Shown here: positions 29,887 to 40,759 of the stretch, piece after piece | How positions within the stretch are numbered: the stretch's first letter is position 1 | Layout: the number at the start of each line of letters is the position of its first letter | Source: an uncultured beta proteobacterium | GTDB lineage: Bacteria > Pseudomonadota > Gammaproteobacteria > Burkholderiales > Usitatibacteraceae | NCBI GenBank assembly: GCA_963758215.1 | Contig: CAVWUN010000003.1 | Location: 923-64,922 of the forward strand | DNA: 64,000 nt | Direction of reading: 5' to 3' | The notes under the pieces: model-generated | Database searches by the model: none | What the model was told of the DNA's origin: nothing | What the model saw: the letters and a program-made list of their open reading frames with translations, nothing else | Made by a program: the position numbers and the translations under genes

Positions 29887-31270
29887 GGCGCGCGGCCTCC
29901 TCGCCCGCGATGCGACCGAAGGTGGTGCCGATCGCCATGCCGATGCCGGCGAGATATCCCTTGCCGAGGATGTTGCCCGCCATGATCTCGCCCGCGGCGA
30001 AGACGTTGTGCGCGGCACGCCCGTCGCCGAGCACCATGCGCGCGCGCTCGTCCACGGCCACGCCGAGGTAGGTGAAGGTGAGCCCCGGGCGCAGCGGGTA
30101 CGCGTAGTACGGCGGCGTGTCGATCGCGCGCGCCCAGTGGGTCTTGGGCGGATCGATGCCCTCGGTGCGGCAATCGTCCAGGACCTTGTGATCGAAGGTG
30201 CCGGGGCGCACCGCGCGGTTGAATGCGGCCACCGTGGCCTCGAGCGCCGCTGCGTCGAGCGCGAGGAGCCGCGCCAGTTCGCCGATCGAGTGCGCCTTGA
30301 TCGGCGGAAACACCGGCGGCATGAACCGGCCCATCGACTTGGCGTCGATGATCGAGTAGCCGATCTGGCCGGGCTGGGCGGCGACCAGCCGCCCCCAGAT
30401 CGCGTAGCGCTTGGGCCAGAAGTCCTCGCCCTCGTCGTAGAAGCGCTGCGCCTGCCGGTTCACGACGATGCCCAGCGACACCGCGTCCACGCGCGTCACG
30501 ATGCCGCCGTCGAAGCGCGGGGAGCGCGCGTCGATCGCGACGCAGTGGCCCTGCAGCGGGTCGCTCACCGCTTTCGCGCCCTGTGCAAGCAGCAACTTGA
30601 GCACCTTGCCCATGTTGTACGGCGTGCCGCGCACGATGAAGTTGTCGATCGCGTCTCCCCAGGCTTCCCGCAGCCAGGCGAGGTTGGACTCGAATCCGCC
30701 CGCGGCCGCGACCACCGCCTTCGCGCGCACGTGATGCTCGGTGCCGCGGCGCAGCAGCGTCGCTCCGGTGAAGCGTCCCGCATCGATGGCCAGGGCGACC
30801 ACTTCGCTCTCGTAGGAGATCTGCGCACCCAGCGCCTCCGCGGCGCGGTAATACGCGTTCAGCAGCGCCTTGCCTCCGCCCAGGAAGAATGCGTTGGTGC
30901 GCGCGAGCTGCAGCGTGCCGCCGAGCGGGGCCTGGAAGCGCACGCCGTGGCGCCGCATCCAGGGCAGGTGCTGCTCGGTGTTGCGGATGGTCATGCGCGC
31001 GAGCTTCTCGTCGGTGAGCCCGCCGGTCACCTTGACCAGGTCCTGCCAGTATTCCTCCTCGGGATAGGCGTCGGTGAGGACCTCCAGCGGACCGGCGTGC
31101 ATCGTGCGCATGTTGCGTGTGTGGCGGCTGTTGCCGCCGCGAAACTCGGGCGGCGCGCATTCGACGACCAGGACGCTCGCGCCCGCGCCGCGCGCCGCGA
31201 GCGCCGCGCACAGCGCGGCGTTGCCGCCGCCCAGCACGAGCACATCGTAGGTTCGCGACGCGTCGAGCAT
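29873..31270 (-). CDS. tcuA: FAD-dependent tricarballylate dehydrogenase TcuA
   Basis: DVLVLGGGNAALCAA, RGGNSRHTRN, RTNAFFLGGGK, WPKRYAIWG. Confidence 0.92.
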   Translation of the reverse strand: MLDASRTYDVLVLGGGNAALCAALAARGAGASVLVVECAPPEFRGGNSRHTRNMRTMHAGPLEVLTDAYPEEEYWQDLVKVTGGLTDEKLARMTIRNTEQHLPWMRRHGVRFQAPLGGTLQLARTNAFFLGGGKALLNAYYRAAEALGAQISYESEVVALAIDAGRFTGATLLRRGTEHHVRAKAVVAAAGGFESNLAWLREAWGDAIDNFIVRGTPYNMGKVLKLLLAQGAKAVSDPLQGHCVAIDARSPRFDGGIVTRVDAVSLGIVVNRQAQRFYDEGEDFWPKRYAIWGRLVAAQPGQIGYSIIDAKSMGRFMPPVFPPIKAHSIGELARLLALDAAALEATVAAFNRAVRPGTFDHKVLDDCRTEGIDPPKTHWARAIDTPPYYAYPLRPGLTFTYLGVAVDERARMVLGDGRAAHNVFAAGEIMAGNILGKGYLAGIGMAIGTTFGRIAGEEAARLVRG

Positions 31271-31387
31271 TCGGAGGGGAATCGGGCGCACGGCTGGGGA
31301 GCGAAGCACTCTATCAGCCGGGCGCGCCGCCGTGAAGCCTCGCCGCCGGTGCGGGAGGTAGAATTCGCGCTTACCCGATCCGCTCCC

Positions 31388-32575
31388 ATGACCCAACTTC
31401 GCATCCCGGCCGTCTACATGCGCGGCGGCACGAGCAAGGGCGTGTTCTTCGTTGCCGGCGACCTGCCGCGCGAGGCGGCCGAACGCGACCGCGTCCTGCT
31501 GCGGGTGGTGGGCAGCCCGGACCCCTACGGCAAGCAGATCGACGGCATGGGTGCGGCCACCTCGAGCACCAGCAAGGTCGTGGTGCTCGCGGCCTCCCGG
31601 CGCGCAGGCTACGACGTCGACTACCGGTTCGGGCAGGTGGCCATCGACCGCGCGCTCGTCGACTGGTCGGGCAACTGCGGCAATCTCACGGCGGCGGTGG
31701 GGCCCTTCGCGATCTCCCAGGGCTGGGTAGATGCTCCCGACGACGGCATCGCGGTGGTGCGCATCTGGCAGGAGAACATCGCGCGGCCCATCGTGGCGCA
31801 CGTGCCGATGCGCGGCGGCCAGGTGGTCGAGGAAGGCAACTTCGAGCTGGACGGCGTGACGTTTCCCGCCGCCGAGATCCGCATCGAGTTCCTCGATCCC
31901 GGCGGGCTCGGCGAGGACGGCGCCGGCGCCGGGCGCATGTTCCCGACCGGCCGGCCGGTCGACACGCTCGACGTGCCCGGGGTAGGCACGATCGAGGCGA
32001 CGCTCATCTGCGCTGGCAATCCCACCGTGGTCGTCGAGGCGCGGGCGCTCGGCATCGCGGGCACCGAGCTCGCGGCCGCCATCGACGGCAACGCCGGGCT
32101 GCTGCGCAAGGCGGAATCCATTCGCGCCCATGCCGCCGTCGCGATGGGCCTTGGGCGAACGGCCGCGGAGGTGAGCGCCACGCGGCTGCACACGCCGAAG
32201 ATCGCCTTCGTATCGCCGCCCTGCGCCTATGCCGCATCGAGCGGCAAACCGGTCGCGGCGGGCGACATCGACGTGACGGTGCGCATGCTGTCGATGGGCA
32301 AGACGCACCACGCGGTGACCGGAACCGGCGCCATCGCGCTGGGTGTGGCGGGCGCGATTCCCGGCACTTTGGCCGAACGCGTGCATGGCGGCGGCGCTGA
32401 CGCGCTCAGACTGCGGCTGGGACATCCTTCCGGCGTCGTGGTGGTCGGCGCGGAAGTGGCGCGCTCGGGTGACGAGTGGCGGGTCATCAAGGCGATCATG
32501 AGCCGCAGCGCCCGCCGGCTGATGGAAGGATGGGTGCGGATCCCCGCATCCCCGTGGACCCAGGAGGCAACATGA
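31388..32575 (+). CDS. prpF: PrpF-family (methyl)aconitate isomerase
   Basis: YMRGGTSKGVFF, QIDGMGAATSSTSK, GNCGNL, RSARRLMEG. Confidence 0.9.
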   Translation: MTQLRIPAVYMRGGTSKGVFFVAGDLPREAAERDRVLLRVVGSPDPYGKQIDGMGAATSSTSKVVVLAASRRAGYDVDYRFGQVAIDRALVDWSGNCGNLTAAVGPFAISQGWVDAPDDGIAVVRIWQENIARPIVAHVPMRGGQVVEEGNFELDGVTFPAAEIRIEFLDPGGLGEDGAGAGRMFPTGRPVDTLDVPGVGTIEATLICAGNPTVVVEARALGIAGTELAAAIDGNAGLLRKAESIRAHAAVAMGLGRTAAEVSATRLHTPKIAFVSPPCAYAASSGKPVAAGDIDVTVRMLSMGKTHHAVTGTGAIALGVAGAIPGTLAERVHGGGADALRLRLGHPSGVVVVGAEVARSGDEWRVIKAIMSRSARRLMEGWVRIPASPWTQEAT

Positions 32576-33312
32576 GCTCGGACCAGACCAACGCGACCGC
32601 CGCCGCCGCAGCGGAGCTCGCTCCCGGCGGCACGCTGCGCGCGGGCATCAATGTCGGCAATCCGGTGATCGCGCAGCGCGATCCCGCGGGCGGCGATCCG
32701 CGCGGCGTGGGCGCGGCGCTCGCGCGCGAGCTGGCGCGGCGCATCGGTGCGAAGGTGCAGTTCGTCACCTACGAGACCGCGGGGAAGCTTGCCGACGCGG
32801 CGCGCCAGCGGGCCTGGGACCTGGCCTTCCTGGCGGTCGACCCGGAGCGCGCGGCCGACATCGAATTCTCGCCGCCCTACGTGCATATCGAGGGCACTTA
32901 CATGGTGCGGGCCGATTCGCCGCTGCGCGCCATCGAGGACGTGGACCACATGGGCGTGCGCGTGGCCGTGGGCGTGAAGTCGGCCTATGACCTCTACCTC
33001 ACCCGCCACATGAAGCAGGCCCAGCTGGTGCGCGCCGCGAACACGCCCGCGTCGATCCAGCAGTTCCTCGACGACAACCTCGAGGTGGTGGCGGGCGTAC
33101 GCCAGCCGCTCGAATCGGCGGCGCGCGAGCGCGGCGGCCTGCGCGTGATGGACGGCAATTTCATGGTGATCCGCCAGGCCTCGGGCGTGCCCAAGGGCCG
33201 GCTCGCGGCCCATCGCTACCTGTCCGAATTCATCGAGGACGTGAAGCGCTCCGGGTTCGTCGCCCGCGCGCTCGCCGAGAGCGGCGTGATCGGGGTGACG
33301 ATCGCGCCGTGA
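32572..33312 (+). CDS. Family 3 substrate-binding protein without an obvious signal peptide
   Basis: LAPGGTLRAGINVGNP, WDLAFLAVDPER, SAYDLYL; ATGA overlap with prpF. Confidence 0.8.
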   Translation: MSSDQTNATAAAAAELAPGGTLRAGINVGNPVIAQRDPAGGDPRGVGAALARELARRIGAKVQFVTYETAGKLADAARQRAWDLAFLAVDPERAADIEFSPPYVHIEGTYMVRADSPLRAIEDVDHMGVRVAVGVKSAYDLYLTRHMKQAQLVRAANTPASIQQFLDDNLEVVAGVRQPLESAARERGGLRVMDGNFMVIRQASGVPKGRLAAHRYLSEFIEDVKRSGFVARALAESGVIGVTIAP

Positions 33313-33461
33313 TCCGGACCCGGCGCGCCGCGAATCGTAACGCATTGTGTCGGAGGCCTCCTGCGACACCGCTCGATACAAATGAGGCGTTGCGTGCAAT
33401 GGATCCCTGCCCGGCGAATGATGTAATGGACGCACTTTCCATTCGCACGCAAGGAGCAGTC

Positions 33462-34049
33462 ATGAAACCGTTCCAACGCATTGCCGCCGGCCTCGCCTCG
33501 GCGGTCGCCCTGGCACTCGCCGCCACCGCATTCGCGCAATCGCCCGATCCCGCCGGTCCCGGCATGGAACGCGGCTGGGACCACGGCAAGGACGGCCGGC
33601 CGGGGCCCGAGGGACGCATGCACGGGCCGGGCGAACACGGCCCCAAGGCGCACGCCAATCCCGCCGCGCTCGTCGAGGCGCGCCTTGCTTATCTGAAGAC
33701 CGACCTCGGGATCAGCGCCGCGCAGCAATCCGCGTGGAATGCGTTTGCCGCCCAGGCGCGCAAGCAGGCGCAGGAGCGCCAGGCGATGCACGAGAAGCTG
33801 CGTGCAGAGCATGAAAAGATGCGCGCGGACAAGGAACGGCCCGCGGTCCCCGAGCGCATGGAGCAGCTCGCCGAAGCGATGAAACACCGCGCGGCCGCCA
33901 TGGAGTCCATGGCCGGCTCCGTGCGCGAGCTGTACGCGGCGCTCACACCCGAGCAGAAGAAGATCGCGGACCGCGACTTCGCCTTCGCAGCGCGCCGCTT
34001 CGCCGAGCGCCACCACGGGCCGGAGGGCGGGAACCCCGGGCGGCGCTGA
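33462..34049 (+). CDS. Spy/CpxP-like (LTXXQ) periplasmic protein
   Basis: Signal peptide, His/Gly-rich N-terminus, QQSAWNAF, LYAALTPEQK. Confidence 0.85.
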   Translation: MKPFQRIAAGLASAVALALAATAFAQSPDPAGPGMERGWDHGKDGRPGPEGRMHGPGEHGPKAHANPAALVEARLAYLKTDLGISAAQQSAWNAFAAQARKQAQERQAMHEKLRAEHEKMRADKERPAVPERMEQLAEAMKHRAAAMESMAGSVRELYAALTPEQKKIADRDFAFAARRFAERHHGPEGGNPGRR

Positions 34050-34067
34050 TCGCGCGCGTCCGCCTCC

Positions 34068-35216
34068 CTAGAGGCGCAGCATCCCGCGCCGGGCGAGGTA
34101 GATTGCGGTCATTCCGACCACGAACGCGACGCCCACGTTCCACATCGCGAACGCCGCGGTGAGCAGCGCGACGAACCGCTCGCCCTTGTCCTTGCCGAGA
34201 TCGCAGGAGCCGAGGGCGAGCTGCGCTCCCGCAAGGAACAGGATCACCCCCAGCACCGCGGGAGAAAGCAGCCGGAAGAGCGCCTCTACCGAGGTGCTGA
34301 AGAAGAGCGCGAGGACCAGCAGGGTCACGCCCAGGATGATCGGCGCGCCGCCCGTCCGGGCGCCGAACGCGACGTGCCCCGCCATTCCGCCCGCGCCGTG
34401 GCACATCGGCACGCCGCCCGCGGCAGCGCCGGCGAGGTTCATCAGGCCGGTCGAGATGGCGACCGTATTCTCGGTCACGGGACGGTCCGGAAAGAGGGCG
34501 TTGTTCTCCTCGCGAATCGCGATGACCGCGTTGCCCAGCGTGAGCGGAACCTGCGGCAGCGCGAGCAACGCGGCTCCGGCAGCGAGGTCCGGCCAGGTGA
34601 GCGCCGACAACGCGAAGTGCGGGGTGCGGAAGGCGATCGTGAGACCCGCGAGGCCCTGCAGCGCGTCCGGGTCCTGCGCCACCCCGCAGGCGGCGCCGAA
34701 CAGCAGGAGCAGGAACATCGCGGGCAACGCCCGATTGGTCAGCAGGAGCGCCGTTCCCGCAAGCCCGGTCGCGGCCACCCACCAGTTGCCCGACATCATC
34801 CGGATGCCCTGTAGCATGAATCCCATCCCCAGGCCAAGGACGATGCCGACGACGACCGGGCGCGCCACCAGCCGGGAGATCCGCTGCGCGCCGCCCGTGA
34901 GGCCCAGGACGAGCCAGATGATCCCCGTCACGAGGCTCGCGCCCGCCACCACGGCGGGCGTGATCGCGGCGGTCTGCGCCGCCTGGGTCGCCGCGACCGC
35001 ACCCGCCGCCTTCATGGGCTGCACCGGGAAGGGCGTACGGTAAAAGCTGCCGCAGATCACCATGGCGGCGCCGAAGGAGAAGAGCACGCCGAGCGGGTCC
35101 ATCTTCACCACGCCGATGTAGGCGACGACGAACGGGATCAGGGTCCCGAGGTCGCCGAAGGCGCCCGCCCATTCCATCCGGTCGAAGCGGTTGCGCGCCT
35201 GCAACAGGGCCGTCAT
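34068..35216 (-). CDS. MOT1-family molybdate/oxyanion transporter
   Basis: GAFGDLGT, PVQPMKA, GVPMCHGAGG, FGARTG. Confidence 0.88.
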   Translation of the reverse strand: MTALLQARNRFDRMEWAGAFGDLGTLIPFVVAYIGVVKMDPLGVLFSFGAAMVICGSFYRTPFPVQPMKAAGAVAATQAAQTAAITPAVVAGASLVTGIIWLVLGLTGGAQRISRLVARPVVVGIVLGLGMGFMLQGIRMMSGNWWVAATGLAGTALLLTNRALPAMFLLLLFGAACGVAQDPDALQGLAGLTIAFRTPHFALSALTWPDLAAGAALLALPQVPLTLGNAVIAIREENNALFPDRPVTENTVAISTGLMNLAGAAAGGVPMCHGAGGMAGHVAFGARTGGAPIILGVTLLVLALFFSTSVEALFRLLSPAVLGVILFLAGAQLALGSCDLGKDKGERFVALLTAAFAMWNVGVAFVVGMTAIYLARRGMLRL

Positions 35217-36226
35217 GGCCAGAGCTCGACCGCCTGGCCCCGCGCGCGCAATCCCTCGGAACGCTCCTGGACGTAGCGCTGGAAGCTCGGCTGGCTGCGG
35301 TAGGCGCCACTGGCCACGTAATCGAGCGTCGCGGCGAGGTGGAAGGGCTTGAGATAGCCTTCCGAGCGGAACACCTCGTGCCCACCGGCATCGAAGAAGA
35401 CGAGCGTGGGCGCATACACGACCTGCAGCGCGTGCGCCCAGCGGCGTTCGTCGGTTGCGCCTCCCTCGGGCGTGACGACCTTGCGCGCGCCCGCCAGGTC
35501 GAGGGCCACCACCGAGAACCGGGCGAGCAGCTCGCGAACCTCCGGACGCGAGAACCCTTCGCGACGCAGTTGCGCGCAATCGTCGCATCCGTCGTATTCG
35601 TAGAGCGCGAGGACCGGCTTGCCCGCGTGCAGGATGCGCGGCAGATCGGTCGTGGCGTCGCCGAACGCCCGCCCCCTCGCGCCCGTCCCGGCGCCCTCGC
35701 CGCGCGAGCCGGTGCGCCGCGCGAGATAGTCGGTGAACGACTCGCGGGGCTCCCCGGGCAGGCTCGCGTATTCGAGCGCCACGCGAAAGCTCGCCGGCGG
35801 CAAGTAGCCGTTCAGCCTCAATACCGTCCCGCCCTTCCGGTCGAGGAAGAGCAGCGTCGGCGTGTACTGGATCTTCAACGACCGCGCGAGCGCCTTTTCC
35901 GTCATCGTGCGGCCGTCGACCCAGGTCACCTCGCGATCGCCCCAGAGGTTGAGGGCGATCGAGACGAAATCGCGGCGCGTCCGGGCGACAATGTCCGGCT
36001 GGCCGAAATCCACCGTCATGAGGGCCTTGCAATACGGGCAGCCGTCCTGGCCGACGTAGACCATGACGCGCTTGTGCTCGCGCGCCGCGTCGCGAACCTC
36101 GTCGCGGAAATCGAGGAACGATTCGGCGAACCACTTCGGGATGTCGATGGCGTGAGGGGCGGGCACCTGCGCCCGGGCCGCGAACGCGACACACAGCAGC
36201 GCGCCAGGCAGGAACAGCCGCGCCAT
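35213..36226 (-). CDS. SoxW-like periplasmic tandem thioredoxin protein
   Basis: Signal peptide, WFAESFLD, two thioredoxin folds (GCPYC and GCDDC), each with a PTL..GY motif. Confidence 0.8.
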   Translation of the reverse strand: MARLFLPGALLCVAFAARAQVPAPHAIDIPKWFAESFLDFRDEVRDAAREHKRVMVYVGQDGCPYCKALMTVDFGQPDIVARTRRDFVSIALNLWGDREVTWVDGRTMTEKALARSLKIQYTPTLLFLDRKGGTVLRLNGYLPPASFRVALEYASLPGEPRESFTDYLARRTGSRGEGAGTGARGRAFGDATTDLPRILHAGKPVLALYEYDGCDDCAQLRREGFSRPEVRELLARFSVVALDLAGARKVVTPEGGATDERRWAHALQVVYAPTLVFFDAGGHEVFRSEGYLKPFHLAATLDYVASGAYRSQPSFQRYVQERSEGLRARGQAVELWP

Positions 36227-36783
36227 CACGCGTTCTTCGCGATCCAGGCCGCGAATGACTCCATGAACTTGCCCAGGAATTCGCGCGTGCCGTCGTTCGC
36301 GAGCTTGCCGTCGGCGTCGAACAGCTTGGCCGCGCCGCCGATGTAGGCCTCCGGCTGCTGCAGCGCCGGCATGTCGAGGAACACGAGCGACTGGCGCAGG
36401 TGGTGGTTCGCACCGAAGGCGCCGATCGCACCGGGCGAGACGCTCAGGATCGCTGCCGGCTTGCGGCTCCACACGCTCTTGCCATACGGGCGCGAGCCCA
36501 CGTCGATCGCGTTCTTGAGCGCCCCCGGGACCGAGCGGTTGTACTCCGGCGTCACGAAGAGCACCGCTTCCGATGCGCCCACCGCCGCGCGAAACGCGCT
36601 CCACGCCGCCGGCGGGCCCGCGGCCTCGACGTCCTCGTTGTACAGCGGCAGGGCGCCGATCTCCACGATGGAGAGCGCAAGCGACGCGGGCGCCACGGCG
36701 GCAGCCGCGTGCGCCATCATGCGGCTGTAGGACGCCTTGCGCAGGCTGCCCACCACGACCGCGACCGGGTACGTTCGACTCAT
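36226..36783 (-). CDS. NADPH-dependent FMN reductase (ChrR/chromate reductase family)
   Basis: VGSLRKAS, TPEYNRSVPGALKNAID, GGFG-like GAIGAFGANHHLRQ. Confidence 0.9.
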   Translation of the reverse strand: MSRTYPVAVVVGSLRKASYSRMMAHAAAAVAPASLALSIVEIGALPLYNEDVEAAGPPAAWSAFRAAVGASEAVLFVTPEYNRSVPGALKNAIDVGSRPYGKSVWSRKPAAILSVSPGAIGAFGANHHLRQSLVFLDMPALQQPEAYIGGAAKLFDADGKLANDGTREFLGKFMESFAAWIAKNA

Positions 36784-36990
36784 GGATGTTTCCTCCGCAG
36801 ATTCGCGCGGCCCCATGGATCGGGCGCCGGCGCACGATTGTTGACCATTTTGCCACTCGCCGGTCGTGCAGGGCTCATCCGGCGCCCCTTCCGGCCGCCG
36901 GGCTGATCCGCCGCAAAGAAAAGTCGCCTCCGCCGTGCTACTCTGGCGGCGCCCGGACCCCACCTACGATCCGGCCAAATTCCAAGGTAA

Positions 36991-37999
<1,009 letters not shown>

Positions 38000-38035
38000 C
38001 CGACCGCGGCGCGGCCGACGGCGCGGCCTTGCCGC

Positions 38036-38581
38036 ATGCGCTGGCTCGAGCGGCTCGAGGAAGGCCTCGATCGCCTTCCTGATGGCGGCGATGACGCTGC
38101 TGACCTTCATCCAGGTCGTCGCCCGCTACGTCTTCAACTACAGCTTCGTCTGGGCGCTCGAGCTCAACGGCGTCCTGTTCGCCTGGCTGATCTTCATCGG
38201 CATGTCGTACGGCGTGCGCGTCGGCGCCCACATCGGCATCGACGCCGCTGGTCAAGTCGCTGAGGCCGGCGGCGGCGCGCGCGGTCGGCATGGTCGCCGC
38301 GACGCTGTGCATCGTCTACGCGGTGATCGTCGCGGTCGGCGGCTGGCAGTACGTGCACAAGATGTACGACGTCGGCATCGAGATGCAGGACCTGCCGATC
38401 CCGCAGTGGATTCCGCGCCTCGGTCCTGCCGCTCGGCTTCGCGCTGCTCGCGCTGCGCTTCGCGCAGGCGTTCGTCGCGCCTGGCGCGCGGCGAGAAGAC
38501 CCGCTCCTCGCACGACGAGGCGGCGGAGGCGCTCAAGCTGCGCGAGCAGGCGGCCTGCCGCTCGGCGAGGTGCGCGAATGA
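38036..38581 (+). CDS. dctQ: TRAP small permease DctQ (frameshifted)
   Basis: MRWLERLEEGL, QVVARY, WLIFIGMSYGVRVGAHIGID. Confidence 0.8.
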
Positions 38582-39862
38582 CGACCGCGGCGCTGTTCGC
38601 GATGCTGTTCGTGTTCATGCTGCTCGGCATGCCGGTCGCGGTCGCGCTCGGCCTGTCGTCGCTGCTGACGATCCTGTTCTTCGCGCCAGGACTCGCTCGC
38701 CTCGCTGTCGCTCAAGCTCTACGAGACCTCGGAGCAGTTCACGCTGCTCGCGATCCCGTTCTTCATCCTCGGCGGCACGTTCATGACCACCGGCGGCGTC
38801 GCCAAGCGGATGATCCGCTTCGCCAACGCCTGCATCGGCCACCTGCGCGGCGGCCTGGCGATGGCCTCGGTGCTCGCCTGCATGCTGTTCGCGGCGGTCT
38901 CGGGCTCGTCGCCGGCGACGGTCGTCGCGGTCGGCTCGATCGTCATCGCCGGCATGGTCAAGGCCGGCTACTCCGCAGAACTTCGCCGCCGGCGTGATCT
39001 GCAACGCCGGCACGCTCGGCATCCTGATCCCGCCGTCGATCGTGATGGTCGTCTACGGCGCGGCGACCGAGACCTCGGTCGGCAAGCTGTTCATGGCCGG
39101 CGTCGTCCCGGGCATCGTGCTCGGGCTGATGCTGATGGTGGCGATCTACGTTCGCGCGCGCATGCTCGAAGCTGCCCAAGCAGCCGCGCGCCTCGCTGCG
39201 CGACATCGCTCGTCTCCGGGCGCGATTCGCTGTGGGGGCTGATGCTCATCGTCATCATCCTCGGCGGCATCTACGGCGGCGTCTTCACGCCGACCGAGGC
39301 CGCCGCGGTGGCCGCCGTCTACGCCTTCTTCATCGCCGTCTTCGTCTATCGCGACATCGGCCTGAAGGACGTGCCGCGCGTCCTGGTCGATGCCGGGCAA
39401 GGTGACGGTGATGCTGATGTTCATCATCGCCAATGCGCTGCTGTTCGCGCACGTGCTGACGACCGAGCGCATTCCGCAGGCGATCGCCGAGACGATCGTC
39501 GGCTGGGGCATGGCGCCGTGGCAGTTCCTGATCGTCGTCAACATCCTGCTGCTCATCGCCGGCATGTTCATGGAGCCGACCGGGATCATCCTGATCATGG
39601 CGCCGATCCTCTTCCCGATCGCCCAGCGGCTCGGCATCGACCCGGTGCACCTCGGCATCATCATGGTCGGTGAACCTGGAGATCGGCATGGTGACGCCGC
39701 CGGTCGGCCTCAACCTGTTCGTGACCTCCGGCATCACCGGCATGTCGATCGCGCAGGTGGTGCGCGCCGCGCTGCCGTGGTCGCTCGGTGCTGCTCGTCT
39801 TCCTGGTGATCGTCACCTACGTGCCGCAGCTGTCGCTGTGGCTGCCGAAGATCCTCTTCTGA
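38578..39862 (+). CDS. dctM: TRAP large permease DctM (frameshifted)
   Basis: LLAIPFF, SGSSPAT, GILIPPS, FTPTEAA, TPPVGLNL. Confidence 0.85.
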
Positions 39863-39873
39863 CGCGGCGTCGC

Positions 39874-40500
39874 ATGGCCAAGGCTTCCCATGCCGAGCCG
39901 CGATTCACCGACGACGATGCAGCCCGCGAACATCTCGAGGCGCTGCGCTGGCCGCGCGGTCCCGTCTGCCCCCACTGCGGCGGCACGCGGCGCAACGTGC
40001 GCCTGCAGGGCGCATCCCATCGGCCCGGGCTGCTGTTCTGCGGGGATTGCCGCAGCCAGTTCACCGTGACCGTCGGAACGGCGTTCGAGCGCTCCAAGGT
40101 CCCGCTCCACAAGTGGCTCCTCGCCACCCACCTCATGTGCTCGCCCGACGAGCGGATGTGCGCCCATCGACTGCATCGCACCCTGGGCGTGACCTACAAG
40201 ACCGCGTGGCACATGGCGCACCGCATCCGCGCGTTCATGGGTGATCCCCGGCACGGTTCCATGGGAGCACGTGCCGAGGTGAACGAGTCCGACGAGGCCT
40301 ACTGGTGGACGTTGGACGGACACCCATGATCTCCGCGCCCTCGGAGACCGACGTGCTGCGGCGGATGCTCTCCACGCCCCGGCGGTCGAAGCGCGCCAAG
40401 CCAGGGCTGCCGAAAAGGCCGGCCAAGAAGTAGCGGGGCGAGCGTCCCGACACGGCGGTCGCCAGATCCGGCCGCGCCGCTTGCGTTTGTCACGTATCTA
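39874..40500 (+). mobile_element. IS1595-family (ISXO2-like) transposase remnant
   Basis: ORF 39874..40329 has LRWPRGPVCPHC...CGDCRSQFTVTVGT.FE.SK.PL.KW, GVTYKTAW, and stops just after a degenerate first catalytic motif (ESDEAY); small basic ORF 40326..40433 follows; right boundary approximate. Confidence 0.8.
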
Positions 40501-40759
40501 GACTGTGCCTTATTTGCAACTACCCGCGGTTTCCTATTGATTTCCCGGACTCATTGGATGTACGTTCAGTTTCTAGCCAGTGATACTTAAGTCTGCCACT
40601 AGAAACACGACGTACCTGAGACGGATGGATCACAGGCAGCCTGATGCAGTGATACAGGCCGCCTTCAAGAAAATGACAGGCTGTCCGAGGCTCGTTGCGC
40701 CGTTGCAAGACGGCCATCGGCTCCGAGTTGGCCCGCAGAAACCTGGGAGGAGCACCGTT

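Noticed and set aside
33330-33420. Possible OmpR/CpxR-type repeats upstream of the Spy-like gene
   Set aside because: Too degenerate to define by eye, and no two-component genes adjacent
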